A stretch of 63,975 nucleotides of DNA, filler included, from Circinaria calcarea (taxonomy: Eukaryota), in NCBI GenBank assembly GCA_051942165.1. It is 4 parts of 4 records of this genome, joined end to end, with 100 filler letters (N's around TTAATTAATTAA, not from the genome) between each part and the next. Parts side by side here need not be neighbours in the genome. Positions count along the whole stretch, not along the records: positions 1 to 15,996 come from JAVECS010000343.1; positions 16,097 to 32,084 come from JAVECS010000344.1; 2 more parts are not named here. The stretch is one strand, 5' to 3'. Shown here in pieces: positions 13,368 to 23,691 of this stretch. The translations under genes were made by a program, and so were the position numbers. Numbering within the stretch: the first letter of the stretch is position 1; each line of letters starts with the position of its first letter. The notes under the pieces are model-generated. The model was given only the letters and a program-made list of their open reading frames with translations. It was not told the origin of the DNA and ran no database searches.

Positions 13368-13977
13368 TTAAAATGCAAGTACTCCAAATCAAGGACAACA
13401 AAATCGTTGCGCCAGCCGGCATTTAGCGATGCATCGAAGGAGTGTGATACCATGGATAGATCGTTCAAGATTGGTCATTATTAATTGCCTACTAGCGCAA
13501 GCAGTTGGATTCCTTTAATTATGCGTAGAAGAACATTATTCATGGATGCTTGTAGCACTGGTGCTACAACTTTTCACGACCATTTGCTCGTCCGGTGTTG
13601 CAAACTAAATAGAAAATAGTAATATAAAAAGTGTATGACATATTCGGCGAAATTGCCAAGCGCGAACAAGCCCCAGAGTTTAACCGCGGCCACATTGGCG
13701 GCGGCTCAGCTCATCCGCCAGCCCTATCAGTTCTCTTGCCTAAATCTTTAGTCACACTGCAAGATCATTATTACTTTTCGAGTAACGCGCAAAGCTCATA
13801 CAACACAGGTACCATTATTGGACCAGTTCTTTCAACTAATTTATCCCAAATTGCGGGCTTAGAGCCTTTTGACAATTCAGCAGCTTTTACTCTCTGAAGA
13901 TTATCAGACGTCACATTCAGCAAGAGGAACACCGGAGGAGTTCGCGGCCGTCCAAGAAACTACGAGAAGTCGTAATT

Positions 13978-15633
13978 ATGGCGACCAACGGGGACATGCC
14001 TTCAGACGAGGATTCTCTTCCTGGATCCCCACCCTTCGAGGCTGTTAATGGTAATGACGACGACGTTGAAGAGGAGGAGCCTCTCCCAAGACAGAAATCC
14101 GCCCTTAAGAAAACTCCCAAACCAGAGCCGATACCACAAGTTCTCCGACCACAACTCCCGGAACAACCCGATCCTGAGAATCTAGTCATCTCGGAACTCA
14201 CCCCTCTTTCCCCTGAAATCATTGCAAGACAAGCCACGATCAACGTCGGGACAATAGGGCACGTAGCGCATGGGAAGTCAACGGTGGTGAAGGCAATATC
14301 GGGTGTACAAACGGTCAGGTTCAAGAACGAGCTGGAAAGAAATATTACCATCAAATTGGGTTATGCCAATGCGAAAATCTACAAATGTGATAATGAAGAG
14401 TGTCCGCGTCCAGGATGTTATCGGAGTTATAAGAGCGAGAAAGAGGTGGATCCACCATGTGAGAGAGACGGATGCACAGGTCGTTACAGGTTATTGAGAC
14501 ATGTTTCGTACGTGGTGTCTTGCTGTTTTTCACAATGGGCAATGCGCTGATGATCAATAGCTTTGTTGATTGCCCTGGCCATGACATTCTCATGAGCACT
14601 ATGCTGTCTGGTGCCGCTGTCATGGACGCAGCACTTCTACTAATTGCGGGCAATGAAACATGCCCTCAGCCTCAAACCTCCGAGCATCTAGCAGCCATCG
14701 AAATCATGAAGCTCAACCACATCATCATTCTTCAAAACAAAGTTGACCTAATGCGCGAAGAGGGTGCAGAGCAGCATTACCAGTCAATCTTAAAATTCAT
14801 TCGTGGCACAGTCGCAGATGGCTCGCCCGTTATCCCTATCTCCGCGCAATTAAAGTACAATATCGACGCTATTAATGAGTATCTCGTCACTAAAATTCCT
14901 GTACCTCTTCGAGATTTCGGAGCGGCGCCCCACATGATTGTCATTCGATCGTTTGACGTCAATAAACCCGGTGCTGAAATTGAGGATCTCAAAGGTGGTG
15001 TTGCTGGTGGTAGTATCCTAACGGGGGTGCTGAAGCTAGGCGACGAAATCGAGATTCGACCGGGTTTGGTTTCCAAAGATGACAACGGTCAAATCAAATG
15101 CCGGCCGATTTTCAGCCGAGTCGTTTCTCTCTTTGCGGAACACAATGATCTCAAGTTCGCCGTTCCAGGAGGTCTCATCGGTGTAGGCACCCGAGTAGAT
15201 CCTACGTTGTGTCGTGCAGATCGCCTGGTTGGTTTCGTGCTCGGCCTCAAGGGCCAGCTGCCAGATATTTACATCGAGTTGGAAGTCAACTATTTCTTGC
15301 TGCGGCGCTTGCTCGGGGTCAAGACGGCAGATGGCAAACAGGCAAAAGTTGCGAAGCTGGCTAAGAACGAAGTCTTGATGGTGAATATTGGATCAACAGC
15401 CACGGGGGCAAAGGTCATGGGGGTAAAAGCGGATGCCGCAAAGCTGAGTTTGACAAGTCCGGCTTGTACTCAAATCGGGGAGAAGATTGCGTTGAGTCGG
15501 AGGATTGACAAGCATTGGCGATTGATCGGCTGGGCCAACATTGTCGCGTGAGTATCTGTGATACATTCAATCGTCGGTAAATCTGCTGACATGTTTTGGT
15601 AGCGGCAATACGGTGGACCCGAGCATCGACTAA
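13978..15633 (+). CDS. GCD11: Translation initiation factor eIF2 gamma subunit; introns 14508-14560 and 15548-15602
   Basis: [56 protein letters not shown]. Confidence 0.97.
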
Positions 15634-15996
15634 GAGTTCACACTATTTCTGTACCTTTGCATCACAATCTCGACAAATTTAGGGAGCTCGATTATCTTTC
15701 TTATGCCGTTATGAGAAGCACGACGGGCTTAGGGTTGCAATCTCCGCTTTTTTCTTGCACAGGGGTTTAGAAAAATGTATTGTTTCCAGATTCCAGTAAA
15801 AGAAGGCTATTCAATCTACAGCCCCGAAAACTTTCCCGTCCCCCTTGATGAAAGTATCCTACATTTTCTTTTCTTTTCGTTTCTTTTTTTTTGGCACTGA
15901 TTATTCCCAGCCCCCAATCCCCAGCGGGGGAGAAACATGAGAAACTGCAGCTAAAACCTAGTTGATTAAAACCTCCCCCCTTCCCAGCCTTCCTAC

Positions 15997-16096
15997 NNNN
16001 NNNNNNNNNNNNNNNNNNNNNNNNNNNNNNNNNNNNNNNNTTAATTAATTAANNNNNNNNNNNNNNNNNNNNNNNNNNNNNNNNNNNNNNNNNNNN
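15997..16096. other. Assembly gap / contig spacer (N44-TTAATTAATTAA-N44)
   Basis: Ns flanking a 12-mer that gives stops in all six frames; identical structure at three places in the window. Confidence 0.97.
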
Positions 16097-17193
16097 GCCA
16101 CAGCTGTTCCTGGATCGACGCAAACCAAGACGACATACCGACCAAAATTCTCCACCGAGGAAATCCTTCTTCATTGTCTCCACGAAAATGGTATAGATGT
16201 TGAATCTCTTGAAAGCTACGTCAAGGAAGATGTCGATCGTCTAAGCGGCAAACTCGGCGTGATGCATGATAGGATGAAGGCACATCTGGCAGATCTCCTT
16301 CGACCTGCACTCACCGATGCAGGTCCTGATGGCGTAAATGCCTTCAACGATGGCAGCGATCAGTTTGTCGGCGGTGACTTTGCAGAAGACCTAGATGAGG
16401 ACTTTTTTGGTTTCAAGGACCTTGGTTTGGATAAGGAGTTCGGCTTGACCTCTCTTAGTGTACCTTTACACCTGCTGCAGAACAGGATGCACAATGCCTA
16501 TCAAGCGCAGAACATCAGGTATGCTTGTTTCCTGTTTCATTACGAGCAATGACTGATATGATTCCTAGCTCCACGTCCACCCTCCCAACGGCGCTACCTC
16601 CGCCTCCCGCGTATCCGCCTATAACAATAGAATCAATCGAGAAAGAAATCGGCCTTGTCCAGCCCTTCTTTCTGGCTAAACTCCACGCTAATAATAATGC
16701 CCAACTGGTCGAGGACGAGGATCTACCCCAAAAACAACGATTTCCAAAACCCAGGCTGCCGCCTACCGGAAAGATTAGCAGTCCCCGTAAGAAGCCTGTG
16801 AGGGAGGCTGGGCCTGGAAAAGGGCATCCACGGAAGAAGATGAAGTTGGTGGAAGGAGGGCTATGGGTCAAGGATGATGGACCGGAGAAAGAGAAGGAGA
16901 AGGAAAAAGAAAAGGGCGCGAAAGGCGGGGTGGGGAAATCTGCGCTAGGGAAAGCAAAGGTAGGGGGCAGTGTTTTCGAACCGGCAATGGAGAGGAGCGA
17001 AAGTCGAGACGTGGATATGGATGCAGATGCGGATGCAGACGGGGATGCGGATGCGGATGGGGACGTTGATGACGGCATGACGGGACTGGAGAGGATCAGG
17101 GAGAAGGGAGTGCAGCACAAGAAGGCCAACGGGATGGGTGACCATACCACCGAGGGGGGGATGATCAGCCCGGAAAGCCTGGAAGCTCCCTGA
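16097..17193 (+). CDS. SPT7: SAGA complex subunit Spt7, 3' portion only (5' end including bromodomain lost in gap); intron 16519-16568
   Basis: Frame open from the contig edge. [16 protein letters not shown]...LRPAL...[35 protein letters not shown]...SVPLHLL and [24 protein letters not shown] match the fungal Spt7 C-terminal region. Confidence 0.85.
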
Positions 17194-18405
17194 ATCACCT
17201 TGGACTTTCCATGCCGGCTGCGGATCTGTTCGAGGCCGAGGTCGAGGTTCCTAAACCATCCTGATGCAGCCGTCCTTCCAGAGTGAGGATATCGGAAGTG
17301 TACTCATTCACGCATGCTTTTTCTTTCTTGCATTGTCGATGCGACGGCATTCGATCTCCGCTGCGGCAGACCGGATCCGCACGCGGCGGGTACGAGGTCA
17401 TCATTCTTTACGGCATTTCCACAGCATTTCCACGGGCGTTTTTCATAAGGGCCGCCGTCCCATAATGTCATTAACTGCATCCAGGACGGACGGGGCTCGG
17501 GAGCGGGGGGCGGAGGTCTTTGATGAACGCCGATACCAATGCGATGCTACACATCTTGCTGCTTCTGCTTCTCCCGACGGGGCCGGTCATATGATATGTT
17601 TTCTCCTGTGGATATTTGGGGGTTTACGAAAATTACTGGATGTCCATATGGTTGCTCGAGAGTTGGCTGATGTTTCCTCCCCCATTAGTTTTGTTGCTGC
17701 CGCGGTCATGCTAGAAAAGGTCGAAAGTAGGGCGAGATAGGGAAGAAGAAGGAGGAGGAGGGGTCAGGAGGAGTGTTTGGGGACTACGGGGGACGATCTG
17801 GCGACGATGTAATCGAGAGGAACGATTGGACTTGTTTGGCTTCCATCCATCTTGAGCTCTCTCTCTGAACCTGAACCTGAACCTGAATCCTTGAAGATGC
17901 GTGTAGTTTGCGAGGCTATCCAACATGCCGTACTGCCTTTCTACTCCTCCCTCCGCCTTGTGTTCTTCCGCCCTTATCTGACACCATTGCTGAGCGGTGG
18001 CCGGGGGGTAACTCCATGTAGAATGGACCGATGGCGGAATTAGAGTTCGACATGGCTTCGGGTGGCTTTTTGAATCCTTCGAGAAGGTCTGATGGCCTTT
18101 TGCGGGGGATGGTTGGAGCTGACAATTGGCTGAATCGGTTGTAGAGATTGCTTATCAAGCCGTTGGCGGAAATAAAGTGCGTCATCCGTATCTCCTCCTC
18201 TCTCCTGATAGGCCGAGAGGTGACTTACGGAGTCCGACTTGTCGTGGGGAATGGGAGGCGGGGAAACGGAGCCGAGTGCTTATAAGGATTCAATCAAGTC
18301 CTCCTCTGGGGAAACTCATCTCTTGCACGCTCCAGCATACTTCATCCTATTCCGTTCTACCAATTTCAACCAGATTGAAGTTATTTTCTAGGAGCGTCCG
18401 TAGTC

Positions 18406-20245
18406 ATGTGGACGCCATCACGTGTACCAGGTTGGATGATAGCTGCGTCCATCACTTCAATCGGTGGGCTGCTGAATGGGTACGCTGGGCATTCCCAAAG
18501 CCACGAGCTTCTCTGCTTCAACGAATTGACTGCTACCAAGCTTCGATACGGGCTCTATCGGTGCTGTGACCACGATGCCCTCCTTCGAAAAGACCTTTGG
18601 CGTGCTCACTCCCAGCATCCATGGCTTTACCGTGTCCTTGATCATGCTGGCCGGCGCCTTTCCGGCTTTCTTTGCCGGGCGGCTGGCGGATCGTTATGGC
18701 CACCTACGTGTGGTCATGATAGGCGCTCTCATCTTTACAGTGGGTGTCGTTCTGCAAGCTGGAGCCTCGAAACTCCCCATGCTTCTGGTCGGACGAGCTC
18801 TCGGTGGATTGGGCGAAGGCCTCTGGTTAAGCAACGTATCGGTGTAAGCTTGATGCTGTCTTCCTTTGACCTCCACCTCCGCTCTTTGTGCTGAGCACGT
18901 CTCATTAGATACATCTGTGAGATTGCTCCCAGCAACCGACGCGGCATGCTAGTTTCAATGCCTCAGTTGATGGCAGCTATCGGCGTCTGCGCCGGTTACT
19001 TCACCTGCTACGGGTCCATACGCATCAATTCATCCCTCTCATGGCGCCTTCCGTTTATCCTTCAGGGGGTTGCTGCCATTATTTTGGCACTCAGCTGCCG
19101 CTTCTTACCGACCTCACCACGATGGCTCTTCGTTCACGGCCGGCGCCAAGAAGCAATGTATGAAATAGCGCGCCTTGACATTTCGGCGGTCGAGGTCGAG
19201 AAGGATATCCTCCGCCCGGCAGCATCGGCCCAGCCCACACCTCCAACCGCGAAAGCATTTCTCTCGATATTCCAACGGCAATACCGATTTAGAACCATGC
19301 TTGGCTTGTTTGTCCTTGGAATGGTTCAATTGTGCGGTATTGATGGGGTGCTGTATGTAAGTAGCAGTTGTATGAGCCGATATCCCAACGTATCCGGCGT
19401 TGAAACTGGTACCCTCAACTGTATTTTCATGGATCACAGCTAAGAGATCTCTAAAACAGTACGCTCCTATTCTTTTTGCTCAGGCCGGTCTTCCAAACGG
19501 CACAGCGTCATTCTTAGCATCCGGAGTGTCTGCCATACTGATGCTAGCAGTTTCGATCCCTGCATTCCTCTATGCGGACAGTTGGGGCAGAAGAACATCT
19601 ACCATTATTGGTGGAATAGGGTTATCGGTCTGTATGTTCAGCATTGGAAGCCTTTACGTCACAAGTAGTGTACACGCACATGCTGGTGCAGGTAGATGGT
19701 TTGTCATTGTACTAATCTTTGCCTTTGCGCTTTTCTACGTTGCCACTTGGGGAGTCGTCGGTAAGATCTATGCGAGCGAGATACAGCCTGCTCAAACCAG
19801 GGCTGCGGCGAGCAGTGTTGCTCAAGGATTGGGATTTGTAAGCTGCTTTGGAGAAAAGACATGCTACGCTACTTTGCGACTAACGAATGAAATACAGTTC
19901 ACAAACTGGCTTGTTGCCCTTACTACCCCTATCTTCCTCGCCCGCTCCTCCTATGGTGCCTACTTTCTTTTTGGGGGCTTGTCATTGTTCACAGTCGCAG
20001 TACTTGCCATTTTGATGCCCGAGACAAAGGGACAGTCATTAGAGTCGATCCAAGATGGATTTCACAGCCCTGCTGCGAATGTGAAAGGCCTGGTTCGCAA
20101 GCTATTAGGAGGCCCTAGGTTTAGGGGATCGAGATCAGACAGCTCGGTACCAGCCACCACGATGTCAGGGGCTCTTGAGTTGGCGAATGTCACAAGCAGC
20201 AACGCTAGCATTGCTCCCCAGAGGATCGAGCTTGGCATTGTCTAA
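18406..20245 (+). CDS. MFS sugar porter family transporter (4 introns)
   Basis: SIGGLLNGFDTGSIG, ADRYG, GRALGGLG, YICEIAPSNRRG, SWRLPF, PTSPRWL, QLCGIDGVLYYAP, DSWGRR, PETKGQSLE. Confidence 0.92.
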
Positions 20246-20875
20246 GCCGCGAACTAGAGGAGCAGTTAGGGTTCTGAGTAAGGTAGCCAGTAAAACTTTA
20301 CAGCGATACAAAGATACAAACTGCTGCTGTTTTGCACCAGCATTCAGTGACATTTCTTCCATCTCCTTATGCCCCCCATCAATCGCGCCGAACGTAATAC
20401 TACTTCGAACAATGGCCTCTGAGCGTTTACATTTGCGCCAGCATCAACTAGCATCCGGATCAGTCTTGTGTTCCCGTCCCTCGCGACTAGCTGCTTTTAC
20501 CATAGCAATCGGACCGATTCCTCCGTGAAAAGAAAAAAGCCATCAAGTTTTGGTCATGTCATCTATGAGAAATGGGAGTCCCATACGGATTTACTTCCAG
20601 GCTGCAGGCCCTGTCCCAGCAAAACTTCCGTAAACTGCCCCACCTACCAGGCTACCCTTTTTTTGAAACTTATGGATAGGACACTACTGTACATTAATAG
20701 AATGGTGTACTGCCACCCCCTGCACCCCCTGTACCGGCCGGTAGTGTAGCGGAGCTTACCCCCACACTGACACTGACACTGATGGTGTTGGTGTTGGGTA
20801 GTGTGGCGCACTGCTGGGGAGCGGTGCGAGGAAGCAAAGGTGTTCATGAGTGCTCGGAATGAGTGGATATCAAAC

Positions 20876-20955
20876 GAGAGAGAGAGAGAGAGAGAGAGAT
20901 TTTTACAGGTTCATGGAGGGAGACAAAATGTCCGGCTTCGCTTCGCTTCGCTTCG
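20876..20955. repeat. Microsatellites (GA)12 and (CTTCG)4
   Basis: Read directly at 20876-20899 and 20936-20955. Confidence 0.9.
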
Positions 20956-21353
20956 CCTTCGCCTTTGCGTGGGGAGAAGTTGGGATCATGGGGACTTTTT
21001 TTTCACGGTCGGATTCGCGAGCTCAGTCTCTTCCATGTTGGGTACGAATTCTCCCAGTCATCCCGTGTTACGAAGGGGGTTCATCCCATCAGCATAACGG
21101 GTGTGTTCGGTAGTAAGAGTGATGAGATGCAGCCAGAATGGCTGGACGAAGCTAAATACATGGCGCATAGGGCTGCGCCGGGCCGACATGCCTCCGTGTG
21201 TAGGGAAGCCTAGGGCTGATCCGCAGCATCCCGGCACGTTTTGCAAGCGAGCGGATCTCTTCCATCAATCATGCTCCCTTTTTTCTTGCCAACCCCCCCC
21301 CCCCAACCATGGCCAGCCTTTGTCCCTTGCCTTCTTTTTTTTATTTTTTAGGC

Positions 21354-22564
21354 TTACATCTCATACTTTGCCTTCTCCGGCTCGACATCCCTTCCATCGG
21401 CATCATTGGGCGGAAACGGCCGCTCGATCTTGAACCCGATATGCTCAATCATGCGATCCATGTATGCGTTCGCCTCGGGCGAATAAAACGGCAACTCGCG
21501 GCGCTGGTAAGCTGTGGGGAGATCCTCGGCGAGGTAAAAGGTGCGCACGTCTTCGAGGAACAGGGTTGTGGGGCCATTGGGGCCATAGCGACCAAATGTG
21601 CCAATGAGGTTGGAGTATTGAACCCTGTTGGCGAGAAGGGTGAAGCAGTTTAGCATGGGATGATTTAGCAAGGAAGGGAACAGCCTGGTTAAAAAGGGAG
21701 ATTTGGGTAACCTCAATAAGTGGGGGAAAGGGAGATCAATGGGGATACCTACAAAGCGGTAACGGCATCACGGTTGCTGAAACGAAACTTGGGATTTTCT
21801 CGTTTTGATTGGTTATGGCGGAGATGGTGGTGCTCGGCCAAGTCTTCGGGCGTGAGGGTGACGCCGTCCTTGGAAAAGCTCACAAGGGAATTGAAAAGGG
21901 TCATATTGATGTTGACGTTTTCGCCCAGTTCGCGGTCATTACGAGTCGGCGCGGCTGGACCGTTGACAACGTGTTGGGCTTTGTCATCCTGAGAAAAAAC
22001 CCAATTAGTCAATTACATCTTGTGCCCTGCTTTCAGCTCGCCGTGCAAGGGATATACATTGAATTGATCAAGATCGATTCCGATTGGACGGCGATGGACG
22101 GCAAAGTTTGGACAAACGACCGTCACAATCTATTGAAAAATGGCCGTCAGCGAGGTATCCCAAGTGCCGCTCCTTCGCCGGAGACTCACTTGATCAATTC
22201 CGAAGTTGAAGACGTCGATGAACGCTTTGGTGAGCTCTGCCACGGTAATATTCCTGCCCGACCGATTGATGTACCCCCTGTTGGCAAGCATATTCACCGC
22301 AGGGCACGATGACCGCCGATAGGCTCCGTAACGAGAACCATTTACATAGTGCTTGTAGTAGTTGACTTTCGGGTCAATCGAAAGGGGGAGTTTACGGGGG
22401 ATGGGATGCTCGGGAGTGGGAGTGAAGGGGTCGCAGCGCGCGGATTGAGGATCGGAAAGAACTTCTTGATGAGAGAGATAGGCATAAGCGGACGATGAGT
22501 CGAGGAGGCTGGAGAATAAGAGGAGAAGGTAGAGGAGTGTGTTCAAGACTCGAAGCTGCAGCAT
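21354..22564 (-). CDS. Secreted heme-thiolate peroxidase (chloroperoxidase/UPO family)-like protein, about 317 aa, with non-canonical active-site motifs; exons 22564-22190, 22129-22058, 21988-21753, 21624-21354
   Basis: Hydrophobic signal peptide. RSSCPAVNMLANRGYINRSGRNIT corresponds to the R(G/S)PCP(G/A)LNxLANHG proximal-Cys motif. Also LRHNQSKRENPKFRF and VRTFYLAEDLP. Splicing gives an intact frame. Confidence 0.85.
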
Positions 22565-23477
22565 TTTGGCAATGCTGATTGAGTATGACGACGGGTAGTC
22601 GCCTTTTGATCTGAAGGTACTGATTAATAAAGTGATTGCCAACCAGCTTCGCCTTTGAGACTTCAAAAGCCGCTCGAACAAGGCACAACAGTACTTTCCA
22701 GAAATCCAAAGAGGATGTCGAACCAGATTTGGTGCTGAAAAGATTGGGGAGAAGCATCAAGGCAGTATATGAACACCCGCCGCACTCATCGAAATTGGAT
22801 TGTATTGGTTGAGACGAAGCCAATGAAGCTGCAGCCACCGAGAGACCCCAACTTCAACCTTCGTCTGATTCGGGTCTATAGGATGCCATGCCCGTAGGGG
22901 TTCACGTCCTGCGGCGCCCTTAAACGGTTCCACAGCAGATAAAGTACATGGTTGATTGTACAGCGGCCACCTTTGGTATGTGCTGGTGATTCACCCGTTG
23001 GCCGAGTAATCCGGCTTATCCCCTCATTCCACATGTACCTAGTCGGAAGATCCTTTCTGATTATGGGAATAGGTTAAATTGCCATATGCGCTTCGGATTC
23101 CTCCAGTTAGATCTCTATTCTCCTGTTTTGCGCTGTCTTCGGATGCTCAGAGGTTTACCCTGATACCGAAGTTTCATTTGCCGTACCTGATAATTGGAAT
23201 TCAAGTGCCAATTGTCCCTGTTGGTAAGCTGAACAAGATACCCTTTGGATTCCTCAGCTGGCCGCAGGACCATGTATGAGCTGTGGAGCAACTTTGAGAC
23301 TGGCTGACGGACCTATCCTTTATTCGTCTAACCTCACATACCTAAGTATGGTCGAAGGATTGTCTCCCTGTTTACCCCACTGTACAGGGAGTTTGAGTTA
23401 ACACTAAGGCAGCTGTCAACCGGATTGGGTTGCTGAGCTGCTGCTCGTATGTGGTCGGCCGCAAGCCAAAGATATAC

Positions 23478-23691
23478 GTCGCATGGGAAACAAACTATAG
23501 CTCAGCGCTAGTAGATCAGCGCCTATTACAGTTAAACTCCGGAGAGCTTATTATTTACTTCTAGTATTTCGTATGCATGCCATTTAAACCAATCAGAATA
23601 GGATATGGAGTTAAAATACCTGAAACTTTAATAGTCTGAGCAGGGATTTTAGTGACTTTAGCGCCGAGCTATAGTTTGTTTCCCATGCGAC
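23478..23691. mobile_element. MITE-like non-autonomous element, 214 bp, with 33-bp terminal inverted repeats
   Basis: Left GTCGCATGGGAAACAAACTATAGCTCAGCGCTA (23478-23510) versus the reverse complement of 23659-23691: 32/33 identical. AT-rich non-coding interior. No clean TSD seen. Confidence 0.7.

Noticed and set aside
13631..13920. 88-aa upstream ORF or possible 5'-UTR intron (GT 13809 to AG 13920) before eIF2-gamma
   Set aside because: The ORF starts at GTG with no coding bias; the intron lacks a convincing branch site and cannot be supported without transcripts.
16041..16052. TTAATTAATTAA palindrome as a biological site
   Set aside because: Centred in Ns and identical in all three gaps, so it is an assembly linker.
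17264..18400. Several 60-158 aa ORFs between SPT7 and the sugar transporter
   Set aside because: No recognisable motifs, codon bias or splice structure.
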